Source: a virus. From it: 40,514 bases of DNA. The stretch is from IMG/VR virus record IMGVR_UViG_3300045988_176499; one strand, 5' to 3'. This document shows, in pieces, positions 8,449 to 15,928 of this stretch. The stretch's first letter is position 1, and every line of letters starts with the position of its first letter. The translations under genes were made by a program, and so were the position numbers. Below the pieces are notes generated by a model. That model saw only the letters and a list, made by a program, of their open reading frames with translations. It did no database searches and was not told where the DNA came from.

Positions 8449-9139
8449 CCTCCTTGACTTTTGGCGGAGCCTATGGTATCATATAGGTACCGTGTCCGCC
8501 TCTGTGGATTCGGCCGGCCATCGCATCCGGGAGTCAGCTGTCCAGGCCTTTTACCCGGTGCGATGGTCTTTTTTTGTCCGCCGGACTGTCTGCCCGGCTG
8601 ACACATATAGTATAGCACGTCTGCGGGCGGTTGTCAAGTATTTTCGAAAATTTTCTTCGATACGCTTTGGCGTGCCCTCATAACAAAACGTTATGGAGTG
8701 ATTTTTTTTATGTTTTTGGGTAGTAGGGTGGGGGAAGTATACCATATATGGCGCGTAGCGGGTTCGCCTGTATCCGCACTTTTTTGGGGCTTTACCTGGC
8801 ATATCGCCGTCCGCGCTCCGGCGACTGTGAGTGTACACGGCGTATGCAGAGGTACATATGCGCGCTTGTATATGGTATAGCAGTCCGGCTGAGTGGTAGG
8901 TGTAGGCGATATGCGGTGCTATGTATGCATGATATACAGTGATATACATATGTATATGTATATATATGCATATAGAGGAGCAGTGAATTAAACAAAATGC
9001 GCGTTTTGTTTAATTGGAAACCCGTGTGGTATTTGTGCCATATGGTCTACCCTTGCCCCGAATAGGGGGGCGCTTCGGGACGGGAGGTAGATATACCTAT
9101 CTATCCTCACGCCAACAACGAAACAGAATCAAAGAAGAT

Positions 9140-9600
9140 AAGTTGGATAGATGAATGAATATATATTCTGATTATCTTCATACCGGAAAAGAGAAAGCCA
9201 AATAGAAAAAAAGGAGAAGAGAGAAGAAGAACATAGAAATACCTATACCACCTCACACCGAGAATAAAATAGAATCAAAGAGGATAAGGGGGGGGAAGAT
9301 AGGATGGAGAGTAGTAGTATATATATAATATATATAATATAGGGGTGTGGGGGGATAAGATAGACCCTTGAACCATAAGGGGGGTAGGAAAATAATAGGG
9401 GGGTATGGGGGATTAGAAAAAAGAGTGGGGAGACGGAAGAAAGAGGGGGAAAAAGGTAAGAGATAAGGAGCGGGTGAGATGAGATAAAAAGAACCGCCCT
9501 GAATGACAGAGCGGTTTGGGTGGAAGATGTAAGGGCGAGAAGCTTTTTTTGTAGGGGTAACAGAAAAGACCGAGGGAAAAGGGGAAGTTTGCGGTTGATG
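9140..9600. repeat. Polypurine tract on the plus strand of about 460 bp, inside the 1.6-kb non-coding region 8449-10067
   Basis: The plus strand is almost exclusively A/G with many GGA and AAGGAG-like motifs. ORFs in the track across this region are low-complexity. Confidence 0.6.
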
Positions 9601-9776
9601 TATACCACACAAGTCATCTAAAAATGGTGGGGAATCTCCCCGCCGCTCGGTGGACCTGGGTTTTTCAACCAGCCCGATTTGTGATGTCCGACACCACCAT
9701 AGGCATTATACCACAAAAAATACCACTTTGTCAATGACGTCTGATATACCAGATGTCGGGTGATTGCTGTTTTGGA

Positions 9777-9820
9777 TAACTTGCTTGCAACTTGAAACCA
9801 ACTTAAAACCAACTTGCAAC
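9777..9820. repeat. Four tandem 11-bp repeats of form CAACTTG(A/C)AAC, followed by TGTGGAAC
   Basis: Read directly: taacttgcttg, caacttgaaac, caacttaaaac, caacttgcaac. The period is close to one helical turn. Confidence 0.5.
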
Positions 9821-10067
9821 CTGTGGAACGGAGAAGCTATTGGGTTGGATGGTTCCTGTTCGAAGTGGTATCCGGTTTATTGGTCTATGTGGGAATGGAC
9901 GAATGAAAGGAAAGCATACCAGCAGGACGCATTGGGGGAATCTGAGCAGGATTTGAGCTTGTGGCAATAGCTCTTTTTGAACGCATCAATGTCGAAAACT
10001 GTGCCGGTGAAGATGTCACATGGCGGGCCGAACAACTCAACGAGGGTGGAACAGATTTCGGAATGTG

Positions 10068-10424
10068 TCAGAGGGTGGTACATTTGAATGGCTCCTTTCT
10101 ACGGTAATTCTGTCTGGATTCGTACATACGAAGGATTTGTGGCATGTAATGGCAGGCAACGAAATATTCGACGCGGCAACCGCGGGCGATATCCCAGTCT
10201 TTCGCGAAGAAGATGACGTCTGCGGTGGTCATGCGTTTCAGGGAATCTGCCAGACAGCAGACCGGCAGAGGGCGTTCGCCTGATGTGAAGGGGAGCGGGT
10301 TGATGACCGTAATGTCTTCGTTTGGGAATCTGGACTTGACACGGGCGATGGCGCGATAACGGGTTTTCACGATTTCTTTGTGGGTTTTGCCTCGCATGGG
10401 CATGGAAATGAACAGGTTGATCAT
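10068..10424 (-). CDS. DUF4406-like protein (nucleoside 2-deoxyribosyltransferase-like fold), about 118 aa
   Basis: ORF 10068..10502 trimmed to ATG at 10424 (MINLFISMPMRG...), with a GAGGAGG RBS embedded in the poly-Glu codons of the upstream gene. The pattern M.NLFISMPMRG ... WDIARGCRVEYFVA matches the DUF4406 consensus. Confidence 0.5.
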   Translation of the reverse strand: MINLFISMPMRGKTHKEIVKTRYRAIARVKSRFPNEDITVINPLPFTSGERPLPVCCLADSLKRMTTADVIFFAKDWDIARGCRVEYFVACHYMPQILRMYESRQNYRRKEPFKCTTL

Positions 10425-10795
10425 TCTTCTTCCTCCTCGATTGGCGTGAACCAAAATTTCTTTTTGCATTCGTGACAGTTTGTTCTGCATGTTGCAGTGC
10501 AATCAAATACGCGTACACAGGCTCTCGGTAAATCAGATGGATAATTGTAGTTTGGGAACAGCTTTTTGAACTCCGACAACCGCGTTTTCACCGGATGCTC
10601 TTTCGCCCATTCTTCGACAATTTTAACAATTTCATTTGGTTGTCTTCGGGCAAAAGTGAAACACGTTGTGATTTCGCCATCTCGTATTTTCTCATGTATA
10701 TTGCAGCCAGCACATTTACTTAAGTTATACTGATTTTTCTCTCTAAAATAATCGCACATTCTTTCTTTTTCTCTCAAAAATTCAATTGCATCCAT
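10421..10795 (-). CDS. Cys-rich small protein ending in EEEEE (poly-Glu tail)
   Basis: ORF trimmed to ATG at 10795 (MDAIEFLREK...) with an AAAGGAG RBS. The Cys cluster CVRVFDCTATCRTNCHEC is near the C-terminus, which ends PIEEEEE. Confidence 0.5.
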   Translation of the reverse strand: MDAIEFLREKERMCDYFREKNQYNLSKCAGCNIHEKIRDGEITTCFTFARRQPNEIVKIVEEWAKEHPVKTRLSEFKKLFPNYNYPSDLPRACVRVFDCTATCRTNCHECKKKFWFTPIEEEEE

Positions 10796-10815
10796 GTTTT
10801 TACTCCTTTGTTTGC

Positions 10816-11052
10816 TTATTCGTTTGCTGATTCGTTTGCGTATTTCGGCTGTTTTGGCAGCGGCATCCATGCGATAACACGCGTTCTGGTTCCGTTTGCA
10901 ACTTCGCCGCCCCAATGCCCGTTGTACTGATATCCTATCCCGTATGTTTCAAACATGCAGTTGTAGCTCCCATATCTGAAATATTCATACCAACACAGCA
11001 CGTCTTCCCCGTTTGGCGGCAATCGCTCTTCAACACTAATCCATTCGCTCAT
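10816..11052 (-). CDS. DUF551-domain protein, 78 aa
   Basis: The N-terminal WISVEERLP motif is typical of phage DUF551. Its start is embedded in the GAA repeat of the upstream gene. Confidence 0.55.
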   Translation of the reverse strand: MSEWISVEERLPPNGEDVLCWYEYFRYGSYNCMFETYGIGYQYNGHWGGEVANGTRTRVIAWMPLPKQPKYANESANE

Positions 11053-11363
11053 TCTTCTTCTTCCCCCTCCCTTTGTTCCGCGCTGCTACAAAAACCATCA
11101 TACGATGCGTAAAATTCTACATAACGCCGGCAACAATATTCTTCAATCCAATCATCCCAGTATCGAAATTTACAATCCCGGCAGCGAATTACTGGAACAG
11201 CATCAACTGTTGGCTGGGCATCAATTACGCGTCTAATGCCGGGCGTCAGAAAATCTGGCTCTGTGCATTCATACGTGCACCGATCTGATTTCGAAGGACA
11301 CTCTTTACATATGTCGTATGTCTCAAATGCTGATTTTAGTTTGTCTGCATCAATCAGTCTCAT
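11049..11363 (-). CDS. Cys-rich protein ending in EEEE, about 104 aa
   Basis: ORF 11049..11405 trimmed to ATG at 11363 (MRLIDADKL...). The RBS GGAGGAAGAAGA is formed by the poly-Glu codons of the upstream gene. Confidence 0.5.
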   Translation of the reverse strand: MRLIDADKLKSAFETYDICKECPSKSDRCTYECTEPDFLTPGIRRVIDAQPTVDAVPVIRCRDCKFRYWDDWIEEYCCRRYVEFYASYDGFCSSAEQREGEEEE

Positions 11364-11656
11364 TCTTCTTCCTCCAAATCCATTTTTGCTCCACAGTTGG
11401 GGCAAAATTTATAATTGACTCCCCAGACTGTCCGATATCCGCAAATAGAGCAATCCTCACACTCATTCATGAATGGGGTTTGAGTCGGATTCCATCGTCC
11501 ATGCACAACCGGTGCGACATCAGCGGCGGGCGTATACTCTGGGTAGGAAATCATCTTGATTGCATCCTGAATAGTTCCCTTTTCTTTGCGGTATTCTCTA
11601 TTACCGAGACTTCTGAGCAGTTCAACCGTTTTTTCACGCTCAATGTATTCAGCCAT
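11360..11656 (-). CDS. Zinc-ribbon protein ending in LEEEE, about 98 aa
   Basis: Start MAEYIEREK with a GAGGAGGGAG RBS. Zinc-ribbon pattern CEDCSICG...CPNCGAKM. It shares the motif ADVAPVVHGRW with the gene at 11049-11363 (QPTVDAVPVIRCR). Confidence 0.5.
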   Translation of the reverse strand: MAEYIEREKTVELLRSLGNREYRKEKGTIQDAIKMISYPEYTPAADVAPVVHGRWNPTQTPFMNECEDCSICGYRTVWGVNYKFCPNCGAKMDLEEEE

Positions 11657-11847
11657 TGTCTCCCTCCTCACAGTAAAATCTGGAAATGTCCTTCATACTC
11701 CAGCGAACCGTATCCGAAATTGTGGAGCATAGATACCCACCTTCCATGTGTACGGACTTCACGCCATAGACTTGCGGATTCGTGAAATGCCCAAACTGTT
11801 TTTTCATGTGTTCCTCAAATTCGTCCTTGAAAATAATGGTCAGCTTC
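11649..11847 (-). CDS. Hypothetical protein, about 66 aa
   Basis: ORF 11649..11912 trimmed to ATG at 11847 (MKLTIIFKDEF...). That start overlaps the stop of an upstream zinc-ribbon remnant reading frame. Confidence 0.35.
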
Positions 11848-11850
11848 ATT

Positions 11851-12000
11851 TCATCGCCTCCAATGCTTTCTCCGCCTCTACATTCGTCATTTCCGCCCCG
11901 CAGTTGGGGCAAAAGAAAAACTCTTCGGTGTTGTTATCGCAGCAGTTCCACGTTTTCCCACATACGGAACAGGTTGTTTCTGAAAGTGCCAGGTGCGTCT
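11851..12000 (-). pseudogene. Start-less 50-codon zinc-ribbon reading frame (...CSVCGKTWNCCDNNTEEFFFCPNCGAEMTNVEAEKALEAMK*)
   Basis: My own translation of the minus strand. The frame is bounded upstream by TAG and has no in-frame ATG, GTG or TTG. It carries the same CPNCGA signature as the gene at 11360-11656. Confidence 0.3.
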
Positions 12001-12150
12001 ATCCAGTGTCCTCGTCGCTTTTCGATTCGCCCGTCAACAACGGATCAGAGCATCTCGGATGCTTTCAGGCATACGCTTCGCTTCCACCAGCTTACGCTGT
12101 TTGTATCCGCAATTTTCTGCAAGCCGATAATGACGGAATTGCGTTCTGTT

Positions 12151-12387
12151 TCAGGCATTGCTTTCCACTTCCCTTGTGATAGACTGTTTTTGCTTTTTGT
12201 AGAACCTCTGTGCTTTTTTGCGTTTATAGCGCATTTTTGCGGTTGTTTTGTTCTTGTCTACACAAATTGTCTCGACCGTTTCAAAATTGCGATTGCAGGT
12301 CTGGCAGAGGCGGCGGCGATAAACCTCCCAGCCGTAGGAAATTGTGTTGACGACCTTTGTCTGAGCGCCGCAGTTTGGGCAGTCCAT
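12151..12387 (-). CDS. Zinc-ribbon protein, 78 aa (CPNCG...CQTC), with a basic C-terminus
   Basis: ATG with a GGTGAGG RBS. It has a CxxC...CxxC pattern. Confidence 0.5.
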   Translation of the reverse strand: MDCPNCGAQTKVVNTISYGWEVYRRRLCQTCNRNFETVETICVDKNKTTAKMRYKRKKAQRFYKKQKQSITREVESNA

Positions 12388-12396
12388 CTGTGCGCC

Positions 12397-12894
12397 TCAC
12401 CGGATTTGAAGGTTCCGGTTTTCGACCAGCGCGGCGCCTGGGACTTCCTGACCGAGCTGGATCGCCTGCTTGATGAGCGTCTTGTCGATTTTGACGGAGA
12501 CGACTTCGGATTTGAAGACGGCTGGCACCGCGGCTTCGTCGTCGATCTGAATCGCTTTGGATTTGCGGAAGCTGATAACGACCTTCGGCGTTTCGAGCTT
12601 CGCTTTGCCGACGGCATCCAGACTGTTTTTCAGAAGCTGCTTCAGGTAGTCGTTCCGGCGATCCAGCGATTCGCGGCGCTTCTTCAGCGTTTTTTCCTCT
12701 TCTTTGATGCTTTCTGCCATTGCAGCGGCGTTTTTGATAAAGCAGGCGACTGCCTCCGCCTTCTGGTCAAACGACCCTTCCATTTCGTCGAGGCGTTCCG
12801 CGCCGGTGATTTCGCCGGTCTCTTCATCGATCTCAAGGTTGTCCAGCACATCCAAATATTCCTTCGTGATTTCATACAACGTTTCCATGTTCAA
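12397..12894 (-). CDS. Siphovirus Gp157-family protein
   Basis: The N-terminus MNMETLYEITKEYLDVLDNLEIDEETGEI matches the Sipho_Gp157 signature (M.LYEL...Y..L). AAGGAGAA RBS. It sits in the replication module. Confidence 0.6.
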   Translation of the reverse strand: MNMETLYEITKEYLDVLDNLEIDEETGEITGAERLDEMEGSFDQKAEAVACFIKNAAAMAESIKEEEKTLKKRRESLDRRNDYLKQLLKNSLDAVGKAKLETPKVVISFRKSKAIQIDDEAAVPAVFKSEVVSVKIDKTLIKQAIQLGQEVPGAALVENRNLQIR

Positions 12895-12912
12895 ATTCTC
12901 CTTTGTTGATTT

Positions 12913-13425
12913 TCATATTTTCTTTTTGTTTTGGTTCAGGTAATCCGCCATGGTCTGGATGGCGGTTTTGACGTCTTCCCGCCAGTCTCCGGGATAACAG
13001 CCCCAGTCACTTTGAATGCTTTCATCATCAACCATCTGTCCGTCGATATAGAGCAGGTAGGTCAGGCGGCGTTGGTTGTCTTCGAGCATGTCCAGCGCGT
13101 CAAGCAGGTTTTTGAGCCGGGCTTTCAGCGCGCTGCTTGCTTCGAGCAGCCTGGCTGCCTGACGCGCCGCAACCTTGCTTTCGCGGCTTTTGAGCAGCTG
13201 ACGGATTTCCGCCTTGTATTCATCCCGTCGGCGAGCGACGGCGGCAAAGGCGCGGAGCGCACGTTTCACGTCGGTCGGCGTGATTGTTAGCGTGCGATTT
13301 GCCGACTGGATATCTTTTTCGAGTCTTGCCTCGCGTTTTTCTTGCGCAGATAGCTCTGGTTTGCGCTGAGAGCCACCGAGGCGCGTGTTTTCCATACGGG
13401 ATAACCGAATACTACTCTGCGCCAT
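12913..13425 (-). CDS. Hypothetical coiled-coil protein, about 170 aa
   Basis: ORF 12913..13434, with ATG at 13425 (MAQSSIR) preferred because of its GGTGA RBS. Confidence 0.4.
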   Translation of the reverse strand: MAQSSIRLSRMENTRLGGSQRKPELSAQEKREARLEKDIQSANRTLTITPTDVKRALRAFAAVARRRDEYKAEIRQLLKSRESKVAARQAARLLEASSALKARLKNLLDALDMLEDNQRRLTYLLYIDGQMVDDESIQSDWGCYPGDWREDVKTAIQTMADYLNQNKKKI

Positions 13426-13807
13426 TCGATTCACCTGCTGCCTCTCTGGCCTTTCTGGCGATGCTTTCCCGTCTGGCCGCCAGTGCCTTTTTGCCTCTCT
13501 CTCTCTGCTTCTCCATTTGCTCCGGCGTCAGCACTTTTTTCGGCTGGCGGAAGCGGAGGCATTTTGACGGAAACTCAAACTCTGCAATGGTGTAACCGTT
13601 GGCAAATTCCTTGACAGCGGTCTGCTTGTAAAGGCAGTTGGGGTTCAGCATATACGACCGGAGCAGCTTGATGATGCGCGGGTTCGTCGTGCGCATTTTG
13701 ACAAGTTTCTCTTTTTCTGTCCACTGCATGGTCGTCACGCGGAGAACGCTGCTTTGCTTCTGGCCGCGAGCAATGCCCTCTATTGGGCGGTTGACGTTTT
13801 TTGGCAT
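13412..13807 (-). CDS. Hypothetical protein, about 131 aa
   Basis: ORF trimmed to ATG at 13807 (MPKNVNRPIEG...) with a GGAG RBS. Confidence 0.4.
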   Translation of the reverse strand: MPKNVNRPIEGIARGQKQSSVLRVTTMQWTEKEKLVKMRTTNPRIIKLLRSYMLNPNCLYKQTAVKEFANGYTIAEFEFPSKCLRFRQPKKVLTPEQMEKQRERGKKALAARRESIARKAREAAGESNGAE

Positions 13808-14139
13808 AAGGCTGATCTCCTTTCGATTTCGGGCTGCGCAAATTCGCACAGGAATGCGGCGTTTGTGGCGAGGTGCCAGATGTGCGGCAGGCCGCTTTCC
13901 GCATCCAGCGCGGCGATATCATGCCTTTGAATGATCGCCAGCAGGTGCCGGTAGAGCGCGTCGATATAGCGTTCTGGTTCAACCTGCTTGTAATTTTCGC
14001 TGCTGCCGTATTTGCGGTTGCCGTAGCCGCGGATTTTCGCGACGCCCAGCACAAGCTCTGGCGGGACAAGAGATGGGCACGGCTTGCCTGCGTCTGCCTT
14101 TGCGGACTGGTTTGCTGCCGGGTACGGGGTTGCTAACAT
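13780..14139 (-). CDS. DUF5664-like protein (phage dATP/dGTP pyrophosphohydrolase-like domain), about 119 aa
   Basis: Trimmed to ATG at 14139 (MLATPYPA...) with a GGAGG RBS. The motifs RKYGSSENY and HIWHLATNAAFL resemble the KYG...HLAxxAxNxxFL signature. Confidence 0.4.
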   Translation of the reverse strand: MLATPYPAANQSAKADAGKPCPSLVPPELVLGVAKIRGYGNRKYGSSENYKQVEPERYIDALYRHLLAIIQRHDIAALDAESGLPHIWHLATNAAFLCEFAQPEIERRSALCQKTSTAQ

Positions 14140-14287
14140 GGGGATGCCTCCTTTTTGTTTTGACCGCTCTTGAGCGGGTTCGATTTTGACGCGAGATTGC
14201 CTGTATCTACATAGGGTTTGAGACATGGTTTGTCTGGGTGGTATTCTTATACCCCCTGACGTGAAAGTGTGTCGGAAGCCTGTTAGT

Positions 14288-14644
14288 TTACCTTGTTTCT
14301 GCGCTTAGATTTGCGGTTTCAGGGGTGCTTTCTCTGGGGATGTCGCTTTGTACTTTTTCCTGCCGGTTCCAGTTTGTCGCAAAAGACGCTTTGCCCTGCT
14401 GTCTTCTTCGTTCGATTTCCTCTGCGCTGAGTTCTCTGGGCGGTACAACCTTGAGCCACCGTTTCGGGAATCGGTACTCCCTTGCGCCGGTCTTTTCCTC
14501 CCGCAGCAGCTCCACCGCCGGATTCTTCTCACGCAGCCTTTCCAGCTTGCGGATGAGCGCCTTGTCATAGGTGAAGACAGTTGCTTCCGCTTCGCCTTGG
14601 TTGTAGTTGATGATCGTTTCCTGTTCAATGCTGGACAAATTCAT
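14288..14644 (-). CDS. Hypothetical protein, 118 aa
   Basis: ATG overlaps the upstream stop (ATGA). Confidence 0.4.
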   Translation of the reverse strand: MNLSSIEQETIINYNQGEAEATVFTYDKALIRKLERLREKNPAVELLREEKTGAREYRFPKRWLKVVPPRELSAEEIERRRQQGKASFATNWNRQEKVQSDIPRESTPETANLSAETR

Positions 14645-15033
14645 ACAGATGCCTCCTTGTTTTTTTCAGGCTTCAGGAAATCCTGCGCCTGTTTCTTCTT
14701 GACGTGGTAGATGACCTCAATCATGCGGTCGGCGTTTTCCCTCGACGGGCAGAGGTTATATGCCGTGACGGCAGCGTCGATATCCCTGTACAGCGCTGCG
14801 CCTGCCTGAGCCGCCTCGAGCAGCCGGTCATAGTCAAACGCATCCTTGCGGTACTGGAAGAGCGCCTCCGTCTTCGATGACGCGCAGGCCTCTTTCGTCA
14901 TCTTGCTGACGCTCCACGCATCGTACAGCCGCCGCACCTCTGCATACAGCGACCGGTCAACCACAGTCGCCTCCGTGGGCAGCGGCTTTTCTGCATACGC
15001 CAGACGGCAGATTTCATCGGGTGATAGCTGCAT
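14641..15033 (-). CDS. Hypothetical protein adjacent to the origin, about 130 aa
   Basis: ORF 14641..15072 trimmed to ATG at 15033 (MQLSPDEICRL) with an AGGAGG RBS. Confidence 0.4.
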   Translation of the reverse strand: MQLSPDEICRLAYAEKPLPTEATVVDRSLYAEVRRLYDAWSVSKMTKEACASSKTEALFQYRKDAFDYDRLLEAAQAGAALYRDIDAAVTAYNLCPSRENADRMIEVIYHVKKKQAQDFLKPEKNKEASV

Positions 15034-15059
15034 GGGCGAACCTCCTGTTCCCACTTTTT

Positions 15060-15385
15060 CAGACGTTCCCACTTTCAGATACCAGAAGTGGGAACAGTGA
15101 CGTGAAACATTTTTGGTGGTAAAGTAAAGAAAAAAGACTGATATTTATATTTTATAGAATAAATCATATATGTATAATCGTATGTGTTCCCACTGTTCCC
15201 ACTGTTCCCACTGTTTTTACCTCTCACGCGCGTACGCGTACACGCATACGCGTATAAATTATTTTTTTTGGTGGGAACGGTGGGAAAGTGGGAACAGAAT
15301 CGGGAAAAGTCTTGGCGCTCTAAGGATTTCGCTGTTCCCACTTTTGTTTCCTCTGTTCCGTTGTTCCCACTTTGTGGAACATCAG
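15060..15385. promoter_or_regulatory. Origin-like module A: about ten 9-bp iterons TGTTCCCAC/GTGGGAAC in both orientations, flanking an AT-rich stretch and an ACGCGT-rich alternating purine-pyrimidine core
   Basis: Read directly: (TGTTCCCAC)x3 at 15185-15211 and GTGGGAACG GTGGGAAAG TGGGAACAG at 15271-15297, with further copies at 15064, 15088, 15333 and 15353-15378. The AT-rich stretch is 15121-15180 and the core cacgcgcgtacgcgtacacgcatacgcgta is 15225-15254. Confidence 0.7.
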
Positions 15386-15621
15386 AAGGGCAATTCGTCT
15401 TCATTTGGCTCGTCGCCGTCTTCCTTGAAGATTACCATGACGCACCAAATTGAACGACCGTTGACCCGCTTTTTCTGCGTTGACCGGTTTTTTTTGCCGT
15501 CCACGCTTCGTATTGACACGCCCATTCGAACCGCCTCGTTGAACACATCTTTCGGCGAGAACCCCGCCTTTTTCAAGACTTCCTGCCACTTGCTGGAACA
15601 CATTTTGAGTATGGAACACAT
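15382..15621 (-). CDS. Standalone paralog of the primase C-terminal domain, ending DEPNEDELPF
   Basis: The sequence SKWQEVLKKAGFSPKDVFNEAVRMGVS...VNGRSIWCVMVIFKEDGDEPNEDELPF aligns with the last about 75 aa of the primase (SKWQEVLKKAGYSPKDVFAEAVRMGVS...VNGKKIRCIQVRFKDDFDDENGDELPF). The upstream in-frame MCS codons are module-B iterons, so the true start is uncertain. Confidence 0.5.
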   Translation of the reverse strand: MCSILKMCSSKWQEVLKKAGFSPKDVFNEAVRMGVSIRSVDGKKNRSTQKKRVNGRSIWCVMVIFKEDGDEPNEDELPF

Positions 15622-15928
15622 TTGAAAACAGCGAAATGTGTTCCACGTCGCTGAACTTTTTGGCGGCAATAAGTAAGGAAAAACGTTGATTATATATATT
15701 ATTTAGAACGAATCATATATATATAATCGTATGTGGAACACATGGAACACATGGAACACAAGTTTTTACTTCTCACGCGCGTACGCGTATATACACGCGC
15801 GTGTATAGCTTATTTTTTCGCGTGTTTCATGTGGGACATGTGTTCCAAAGCCTGAAAAGCCTTGGCGCTCTAAGGATTTCGGTGGAACACATTTCGCGTA
15901 AATCTGGAACACGGAACACATCTTAGAG
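15537..15928. promoter_or_regulatory. Origin-like module B: iterons TGGAACACA/TGTGTTCCA, an AT-rich stretch and the same conserved core; tandem paralog of module A
   Basis: Read directly: (TGGAACACA)x3 at 15734-15760 and copies at 15541, 15595, 15612, 15636 (inverted), 15841 (inverted), 15883 and 15905-15920. Conserved blocks shared with module A are gaatcatatat(g/a)tataatcgtatgtg, tttttac(c/t)tctcacgcgcgtacgcgta and cttggcgctctaaggatttcg. Confidence 0.7.

Noticed and set aside
8551-8949. His/Tyr-rich 132-aa ORF and other ORFs in the 8449-10067 island (for example 9243-9617 and 9253-9612)
   Set aside because: They are low-complexity translations of microsatellite or polypurine DNA, lack an RBS and overlap one another in several frames.
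15603-15669. N-terminal extension (MPPKSSATWNTFRCFQMCSILKMCSS) of the primase C-terminal-domain paralog ORF
   Set aside because: These codons coincide exactly with three TGTGTTCCA iterons, so the reading frame there is probably fortuitous. The real start, if the gene is expressed, is likely at or after the second iteron.
15185-15760. Possible CRISPR array suggested by short tandem repeats
   Set aside because: The repeat units are 9 bp with no spacers, occur in both orientations around AT-rich cores and lie next to a primase. This is iteron and origin architecture, not CRISPR.
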